Assembly (NCBI GenBank): GCA_010015585.1
Contig: ML975163.1
From: Eremomyces bilateralis CBS 781.70
Lineage: Eukaryota
Length of the DNA stretch: 33,896 nucleotides
Strand: one strand, 5' to 3'
Both the position numbers and the translations under genes were made by a program. The first letter of the stretch is position 1. The number at the start of each line of letters is the position of its first letter. This document shows positions 30,556-33,896 of the stretch, one piece after another. The notes under the pieces are model-generated. The model searched no databases. It saw nothing but the letters and a program-made list of their open reading frames with translations, and was not told the DNA's origin.

Positions 30556-32577
30556 TTACCTCAGCAAGCTCAGGCTATTTCTCAGGGGAGTCTAACCTTT
30601 TTTGTAAAAGGTCACGTTACTTTAACTACTCCTCTGGTAAATAGCCTGAGGATTCTGTCAATGACACGCACTGCTCTGCATAAATTTTGTATGTGGTTTG
30701 TATGTATCTCTGTGGATTTGACAAAATCACGATCCATTAATAACCACATCAAAACACGTCGTATGTACTCCAAAATCTGATCGATTGTGTATTAAAGTAT
30801 TCTCTATCTCGTAATTGATTTTTTTTTACATGTCCATGCTTGTGTCGGGTGAAAAACGCTAATATGTGATGAACTAGACCACACCGAAATCACCATCCAG
30901 CCATCGTTCCGGAGCTTACGGTCGAATGAGCCTGGAAAACACCCATTGGATGTCATATAACGCCTTTCTCGGTCGGTATTCACACGAATATCTATTATTG
31001 AACACATTTTGTGTTCATATTTCCCATGCGAAGCAAGGCGAGCGTTCGAAACGGGCGACGAGAGACTGTGGACATCGCCAGAGATCTCGTCCACGATGCC
31101 TATAGCACTACGAGTATGCTAGCTATACAGCGGCTGGTCGAAATTGCAAGAGACGTGCCCGAGGAAGTGCAGAAGGTCATCATCCGAGCAGGCCTAGACC
31201 GCCATCTCTACCCATTCGAGCCTCGTTAGAAGCAGGTAGATGTTATATGGCATTTAGTATTCAAGTAGGAGGACCTTCCTCTTGTAGCGAAGATATCTTT
31301 TGGTAAAAGTGTCATATTCCAGGTAACGCTATTGCTTTGTCGCGGTGGCATCGGCTTCATCCTTATCCCTTTGGATCGAATTAGACAGGAGTATATCGAC
31401 GGACCGTCCCCTAGTTATAATCGGTCGACGTCTATATACTAAGAGGCGATAAGGATGCCTTTGTTTATTCTGCCACGGTTTCGAGATATCTGTGGGCCCT
31501 CTTGTAGCCTTTATAAACCCCAAGCTGGTGAAGAATATCGAGGACACGCCGTTTCACACCATTTGAATGCAGAAAGGCGTCAAATACGCGGGGAAACCTA
31601 TTGCTCCCTTCCGACCCCCGAGAATAGCAGAGAATTAACGTGACTATCGCAATCCTGTGGTTAAACTTAACAGGATCCCGTGGTAGTCGATCTTTTCTCA
31701 TCTTAGGTGTCATAAGACTATTAAGCAATCTACATAGAAGAGGAGCACGAGTGCTAACTTGCTCGTATATCTGCCTAGACAGTATGTCGCCTAGTATACA
31801 CTCGTAGTCCTCGATTTTCTAACCCTCTAACTGTTTCCCCCTCCCTACGCCGGTAGGTAAAGTCTTCTCCTAGATGCAGTCGACTTAATAGGCACTAAAC
31901 ATATCTACGGCTTCTTCTAGTGCCTTCATTTCCTTCCTTAGACCCTTTATAGTGATAGTTCCTGCCGCACTAGACGCGGGATTCTTATTAGTGCGTCTAA
32001 GACCTCTGGGCTCTGGCTAACCGTAGACAGCCTCAGCGAGCTATTTGGCTCGCGTGACAGAGCACTCTCTATAACCACCCAACCCTTAAGTCGTCGCGTA
32101 GATGTAGATAAATTCTCAAAATTTAATGCTCTTTTCTTCATGAATTGACATATCTCATTTATTCTCTGTGGCTTACTGCGTCTTTGAGACCCTCTTACTT
32201 TCTGATGTGGTGCATTAGATGTGTTTGACGCAGCACTATGCTGAGGACTTGGAGCAAGTAGCAAAGTGGGCGAGTTCAACCGCGCGCTCTGACGACGCTG
32301 GTTTCAGGCCGACATGACCCAAAATTCAATCAATTATGGAGAAAAAGCAGGGGAATCGAATGGTTATATTTAATTGACGGAGCACAGTGTGGTTGTGGAA
32401 GAAAATGGAGTTAAAAATGGTCTTCCATTTGGTATGAAAGCTCTCCACACACACCCAAAACCCATTGACAGAATCCTCAGGCTATTTGTTCGAGGAGTGC
32501 ATGTGACTTACCGATTAGGTATAGTCCCACTCCGGTGCCTTGGCACGACCACAAATAGCCTGAGCTTGCTGAGGTAA
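30556..32577 (-). mobile_element. 2.0-kb degenerate TIR DNA transposon with a decayed transposase-like ORF (DUF6589/Academ-like, tentative)
   Basis: Perfect 25-bp TIRs TTACCTCAGCAAGCTCAGGCTATTT (30556-30580 / 32553-32577). Flanking direct repeat TGCTGTGC (30548-30555 / 32578-32585). Second perfect 25-bp inverted pair at 30639-30663 / 32463-32487. Minus-strand stop-ridden ORF from ~32315 includes ILCYSRGSEGSNRFPRVFDAFLHSNGVKRRVLDILHQLG. Confidence 0.88.
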
Positions 32578-32583
32578 TGCTGT

Positions 32584-32668
32584 GCTCCATTCACACCCGT
32601 ACCCCGCTCCATTTACACCCTACCCGGTCACATGACATACCAATCCTGGTCACATGACATACCAATCC
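32584..32668. repeat. Subterminal direct repeats of a Mutator-like element
   Basis: GCTCCATT(C/T)ACACCC at 32584 and 32606 (third copy at 30533); GGTCACATGACATACCAATCC at 32626-32646 and 32648-32668. Confidence 0.85.
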
Positions 32669-33007
32669 CTTAGAATATCTGATGCAGATGGGCAAATATA
32701 ACGTATTTGAGACTCCCCTATATAGGGAGGTACATCTACATGGTGCTAGGAGTAGTATCATGTAGTGGGGGCTACTTGACGAAGCTGAGATCTGCCTAGA
32801 AGAGGCAGAAAGATGAAAAGCTTGGAAACGCATAAGCAGGGCGAAGATGAAATAGGGAATTACGATCGACATTAGCAGAGCAAGATTCAGCGTGTTTCTT
32901 TCGTAGGCTCTATGGCCTTAAGAGATGTATCAACTCATCAGCAACGATAACGAGGACAAGAACGAGGACGAGGACGTATTTGAGACATCAATTCCAGTTT
33001 CCAGAAT

Positions 33008-33896
33008 ATGCAATCGAGCTCGGTAGATGAGGAGATACGCAAAGCTCTTAAGCCGCTTCAGAACGGTCTTGAGAATGTCTTTTACAATGCAATATCTGGA
33101 GCATTCTCTCGACTCCGCGAGCGCGACCTCTCCGATAACTCTCAGCATAATCAGAACGAGATCCCGCCGCAGGATACCCTACATTCGCGTTCTAGCCTAG
33201 AAGAGTGGCTAGAAAGACCTTTTTCTCCGCCTGGCTTATGCTCCGAGGCCACTACAGCGCTCCGAGAACAGGTTCTGGAAGGCCGACAGAAGCAAGTCCC
33301 GCTTAAGGAGCTTCAATCTCTAAAGTCCATCTGGTCGACTTCATTGCAACAGAACTACGGACCTTACGCATCCTTTAACCGTGCCTCCCTCCACCATGAA
33401 GCGAAGCAACATTTGGAGAATCAGAGACTTCAGGATAGTATCAATGCGCAAGAAAATCCGCCAACGAACAGAAGGCAAAGAATTATGCGGACCTATCGCC
33501 ACGTCACGATTTCCTCGTCTGAGTCAGATATCCTTTCAAGCGATACCGATACGAATCGTTCATTTCAGTCGAGAAGTAGCTATATTCCTATCGAAGAGAT
33601 TATTAGCGATACTAGTGGTCTACCAAGACAGGATGAGGCTACTCCTCCGCAGGCAGAGGAACCAGCTCATCTTATTCCTCATCAACCGCCAGTCGGATGG
33701 CCTACATTCCAACAGGCGTGGGAAGATATTCTTACCTTTTCAAAGCAACATAACTTTGGTATTCGGGTTAATCGTTCAAAGAAAGACAACCAAGGTAATA
33801 GGACAGAGAAAACGAAGTACTGGATCACTTGTGACCGCCACGGCCGGTATGAATGTAAAGGAAGAGCTCGGGAGACGAGATCATTACGCGATAACT
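33008..33896 (+). mobile_element. Mutator-like (MULE) transposase, N-terminal part, running off the window
   Basis: Stop-free frame from ATG 33008 to the window end (absent from the ORF track because it has no stop). It ends in a FAR1/WRKY-GCM1-like DNA-binding motif PTFQQAWEDILTFSKQHNFGIRVNRSKKD...KYWITCDRHGRY...RETRSLRDN. A possible frameshifted N-terminal extension starts at ATG 32925. Confidence 0.75.

Noticed and set aside
1..33896. tRNA, rRNA, Starship captain or secondary-metabolite core genes
   Set aside because: None recognised by eye; tRNAscan-SE, Infernal and HMM searches would be needed to exclude them firmly.

Overview
Eukaryotic DNA from a filamentous ascomycete (Pezizomycotina; short GT-AG introns with CTRAC branch points). 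Two blocks of conserved host genes flank a ~10-kb accessory island. Left block (1-9 kb): a multi-TM hypothetical protein, mitoribosomal RSM25/mS23 head-to-head with a PPR protein, a short RecQ helicase and the sulfur regulator MetR/CYS-3. Island (~10.6-20 kb): a composite non-autonomous TIR element spanning an assembly gap, a divergent LaeA-like methyltransferase, decayed ORFs and a Fot1/pogo relic. Right block (20.9-30.2 kb, all minus strand): a Caprin-like RGG protein, the STRIPAK subunit Far11/HAM-2 and the GID/CTLH armadillo subunit Vid28/ARMC8. At the right end, a 2-kb degenerate TIR transposon with doubled inverted ends is nested in the terminal repeat array of a Mutator-like element whose ORF runs off the window. 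I cannot prove a new biological system from the sequence alone. The best leads are the nested double-TIR (Academ/DUF6589-like) element, the composite Harbinger/foldback element, periodic C-rich to G-rich skew waves across the genes, and a probable pseudo-methyltransferase. All family calls come from motif recognition, not database searches.
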